This document shows positions 34,192-38,110 of a DNA stretch of 38,110 bases, one piece after another. Numbering within the stretch: position 1 is the stretch's first letter; each line of letters opens with the position of its first letter. The DNA comes from Reclinomonas americana ATCC 50394 (Eukaryota), in contig PS015348.1 of assembly GCA_048213135.1 (NCBI GenBank), positions 25,786 to 63,895 of the forward strand. Reading direction: 5' to 3'. The translations under genes were made by a program, and so were the position numbers. Below the pieces are notes generated by a model. The model saw only the letters and a program-made list of their open reading frames with translations. It searched no databases and was not told the DNA's origin.

Positions 34192-36724
34192 ATGCGCGAC
34201 CGTCGAGTGCCACTCTCTCGTGTGTTGCAAGTGGCGACTGTGATGCTCCTTGCGATGCTCATGGTGTATGTGCTTGTTGTGACACAGAGAGTTTCGTGTG
34301 TTGATCTCCCCAGTGTCTTTCTGTGTGTGCATGTGCTGACGCTGTTTGTTCTCTCTCTCCCTCTCTCTCCTTCTTCTTCTTCTTCTCTTCTTCTTGTCAG
34401 CGTGATAACGAGAGTGTGGCCGTGAGTGATGTGACTCTGCAGCGCATTGATGATGGCGAGAATGATTGTGATGGTGATCAAGTGGGATTTCCGTGGTCGC
34501 TCTTTGGGATGGACGAGTCGGCGACGCCTGTGCTATTGTAGGCGCCGTTTGTTGCGGTGAGCTTGGTGGGGAGTTTGATCTCTCTCTCTCGCCAATCTCG
34601 CTGTCTTCCCCTGTCTTCCTCTTTATCACTCTCGCTCGCCAATCTCGCTGTCTCTCTCGCTCTGCGTTACACTCTGTTTCCCTTCAATGTAATAGCTCTC
34701 GCGTCTTCTCTTGACTTCTGAGCCTTCCTCGCTCGTATGTCGCAGTCGTTCCCTTCCATGCATTCTCTGATCCACTCTCTGTGTCTCTGTCACTGCATTT
34801 CTATTTGATTCTCTGTATTGCCATCGCTCTCGCACCTTCTCTTGACTTCTGAGCCTTCCTCGCTCATGTGTCTCCTTCCTTCCCTGCATTCTCTGCCCCG
34901 CTCTGCTTGTCTCTGTTTCCATTTCACTCTGCTTCTCTGCATTGCTCTCTCTCTTTCTCTGTGCCTCTGCTTGTTACTCGCTTCCCTCTCCCTCCTTGCG
35001 TGCTATTACTCTCCTCCCTCTCACCTTGCCTCTTCTCCCCTCCGTCCCCCAGTCCATCAACACCAGCGACTGGCTGCTGGTGAGCGAGGACAGTGTTCGC
35101 CTGCAATCACCACGATCGGGCGCCTCGCAAGTGCTGATTGAGAACGATGCAGTGTTGTTGAGCGACGGTGGCATGTGTGGCGTGACGTTGCAGCGGTTGC
35201 CGCATTTTGATTTGGTGCGTGTGTGTGAAGCAAGATTGTGCGCTCGTCTCGCAGATCACTTACGCTTGGAAATGCAGCCTGCCGACCATTGTGTCACAGC
35301 ACCGATTCGGGCGCCTCGCAATCGACCGCACGAGTTGGGTTCGCCTGTCATCACCAAGGACGATGGTCGAGTCATATGTCACGACAAAAGTGGTCCTGTG
35401 CTCTCCTTTGTTGCCACGGTGCACAATGCGGTGCGTGAGTACTTGTCAGAGGGAGTGAAAGGCGCCTCTCGTCATACCATGTTCTCCTGCTCGCAGCTGG
35501 TCACCCCAGATGGCAAGGTGTTCACTCGACATCACATGTGGGCGTCGCATCGGCTGGACGGAGTCGATCGGGATGCGTTGTACTCGTGGAAGACCAGCGA
35601 ATCAGTGCTGCTGGTCCACACGGTGGTGTCGTTGGTCCAGCAACATGGCGACGCGTTCTATCACCTGCTGGGAGAGGTGCTGCCGCGCGTCATGCAAGTG
35701 TGGGACATGGTGCGGGAGCAGGAACCGCATGCCCTGCTCCTCGTGCGTGACAATTCGTATGGATCGCACGTGGTGTATGACTATTTCGCACTGCTGGGAA
35801 TTGGCAGAGACAGGGTGCGATGTGGTGTGCATGGCCTGTTCTTTGTTCGTCGGCAAGCTCATTCCTGTTGTCGCAGATCCTGTTGAATCCACCCGCAGTG
35901 TTGGCGCGACGAGTGCTTGTTGCGCAGGGTGTGCGAGGAGGTGCCGCGCAGCCGGCCTTGTTGCATGAAATGTCTCGCGTGTTTCACTTGCTGCATGGCG
36001 CGACGCTGCGTGCGCAAGTTCAGGAGTTTCGAAGCAGTTGCGCATCTTGAGCTTTGCTTGTTCGCCAACTGGCTGGGTCTCATCTTCATCTTCACCACAG
36101 AGCATGACGAGGAGTGGCGCCAATCTGCTCTCCACAATGGTCGCCCTCGGCGGTACGTGCTGGTTATCCAACGAGCGGGCACTCGATCTCTGACCACGAT
36201 GCAGAGGGTGTGTACTTCTTCTCGCACTTATGCCTTCGTTGTCTCTGACGATTCTTTGTGTGTGGCACAGGTCCTGTCACTTGTTGGCGAGGAGTTCCCG
36301 CACTGGCATGTCTCCTCGTTCGACACCACTCGATCGGCACTGCACAGCGTGACACAGTTTGCTCGCAGCGACATCGTGCTGGGGCCACACGGAGCGGCCT
36401 TTGCGCATCGTGCCTTTGTCGCTCGCCAAGACAATGGTGATCGACCGTGTTTTCACGTGGAGGTGCTGCCGGGAACTGGTCACACACCGCCGAAAACGTG
36501 GAACCCAGTTGCTTGCCTTGTGGACTGTCATCTTGTAATTTGCAGCTGACTGGCGTGTACAGGTGCACGTGATGATGGCTGCGTATCAAGGGTGCAGGAC
36601 GTATGTGTGGTTTGACGAGAGAGCCGGCCTGCAAGATTCGCTGGTGCTTCCGGTGGCACAAGCACGCTGGCTTCTTCGTCACTTGGATGGGGAGTTGCGA
36701 CGCGAGGAGATGGTTGGTGAATGA
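34192..36724 (+). pseudogene. GT61-like duplicate with a nonsense mutation
   Basis: Colinear with 17742-20621; AAG>TAG at 34539-34541 in exon 2; later exons remain open. Confidence 0.7.
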
Positions 36725-37401
36725 GGAAGTGAAAACCGGGCGTGCATCTGGCGATGTACCTGTGACCCACAGCGAGCCCGGGTGGCTTGCAAAATTGGTG
36801 CAGCAGTGACTTGTCGAGTGGTGGGTAACGGCAAGGGTTGACATCCAGACATCCATTTGCTGAATTCGGAGTCGTCGAGTGTACCGATGACGCTGCTGGC
36901 CAGGGAAGTCGGTATCATGGGCACAGGAGAATGCCGGTACATTCTTCGTTCTGAGAAGAATATCGGCCTTGCTTGCATGTCGCCGGTGCCACGCAAGCAT
37001 TGAGCGGGGCAAACGACAGCTCGAAAAAACCGCGCGCTGTCCGAAGGCAAACAATCAAGTAGCTTCCAGGTGAAGATTTANNNNNNNNNNNNNNNNNNNN
37101 NNNNNNNNNNNNNNNNNNNNNNNNNNNNNNNNNNNNNNNNNNNNNNNNNNNNNNNNNNNNNNNNNNNNNNNNNNNNNNNNNNNNNNNNNNNNNNNNNNNN
37201 NNNNNNNNNNNNNNNNNNNNNNNNNNNNNNNNNNNNNNNNNNNNNNNNNNNNNNNNNNNNNNNNNNNNNNNNNNNNNNNNNNNNNNNNNNNNNNNNNNNN
37301 NNNNNNNNNNNNNNNNNNNNNNNNNNNNNNNNNNNNNNNNNNNNNNNNNNNNNNNNNNNNNNNNNNNNNNNNNNNNNNNNNNNNNNNNNNNNNNNNNNNN
37401 N

Positions 37402-37998
37402 CAGTGTGCGACACTGGGTGAAAGTCATCCGGACTCGCTGTGGACGCTGCACTGGCAAGCTTATCATCACAAGAATCGAGACCGATTTACTGATGCTGAG
37501 CCACTTGATAAACGATGCTGGGAGATGCGACGACTGCTTCTTGGAGCTGAGCACCGCGACACATTGGCATCCATGGGCAATTTTGCCGCATGCATCCAAG
37601 ATGGCAATCGTCTGGATGAGATGATCCAACTTGAACGAGAATGTTTGCGCTTGAGGCGAGCAACATTGGGAGATCGACATCCCGACACTCTTGCTTCGAT
37701 GAACAATCTTGCTGTTTCTCTCGAGCAACAAGACTCGCCAGAATTACTAGCCGAAGCTGCTGATTTGTACCGTCAGTGCTTGGAGAGATCGCGTGAAGTG
37801 ATGGGGGACCGGCATGAACGAACATTAACTACGATGTTCTACTGTGGCGATGTGCTCGTGGAGCAGCGACGATGGGCCGAGGCAGAGGCACTGCTGGTGG
37901 AGTGCGTGGATGGTCGGCGAGCGGTGCTTGGTGACGAGCATGAGGATACGTTAAATGCCATCAAGACGCTGGCAGAGTGCAGACGTCACTGTGACTAA
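37402..37998 (+). CDS. STAND-TPR receptor copy C, 3' fragment (TPR region only)
   Basis: QCATLGESHPDSLWTLHWQAYHHKN..AECRRHCD*, homologous to copies A and B. CAA>TAA stops translation before the CAA/CAG tract. Confidence 0.8.
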   Translation, partial: QCATLGESHPDSLWTLHWQAYHHKNRDRFTDAEPLDKRCWEMRRLLLGAEHRDTLASMGNFAACIQDGNRLDEMIQLERECLRLRRATLGDRHPDTLASMNNLAVSLEQQDSPELLAEAADLYRQCLERSREVMGDRHERTLTTMFYCGDVLVEQRRWAEAEALLVECVDGRRAVLGDEHEDTLNAIKTLAECRRHCD

Positions 37999-38018
37999 GC
38001 TCGACAACAAGAACAACG

Positions 38019-38069
<51 letters not shown>

Positions 38070-38079
38070 GCAACAACAA

Positions 38080-38110
<31 letters not shown>

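Larger units (their letters stand above)
16705..38110. repeat. Segmental tandem duplication of the unit [SPAG6 3' half - GT61 - spacer - STAND-TPR]
   Basis: About 21065-27380 matches about 27665-33980, and about 16705-21060 matches about 33182-37080. The middle unit lacks GT61. Confidence 0.9.

Noticed and set aside
37996-37998. TAA/TAG reassigned to Gln
   Set aside because: SPAG6, GST and receptor copies A/B end in TAA at the expected positions, and the long ORFs have no in-frame TAR codons.

Overview
Gapped draft scaffold from an intron-rich, microsatellite-rich flagellated eukaryote (it carries SPAG6/PF16; standard genetic code; organism not identifiable from this window). Housekeeping genes are a GST 3' part, a nucleoside/nucleotide-kinase-like gene, a GT77-type and a GT61-type glycosyltransferase, and SPAG6. 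They are interleaved with an NLR-like (STAND) receptor cluster. One receptor is an intronless 1350-aa NACHT-pentapeptide-14xWD40 gene whose N-terminus carries an intact HEPN RNase motif (RNKLKH). The other is a multi-exon NB-ARC-type ATPase-TPR gene with a degenerate HEPN-like N-terminus, a polyQ tail and a CaaX box. It is present in three diverging copies (two complete, one 3' fragment) inside a segmental tandem array in which the co-duplicated SPAG6 and GT61 copies are decaying. A 105-bp phage-like coding fragment is inserted into an intronic repeat. Domain calls come from motif reading by eye and need HMM or structure confirmation.
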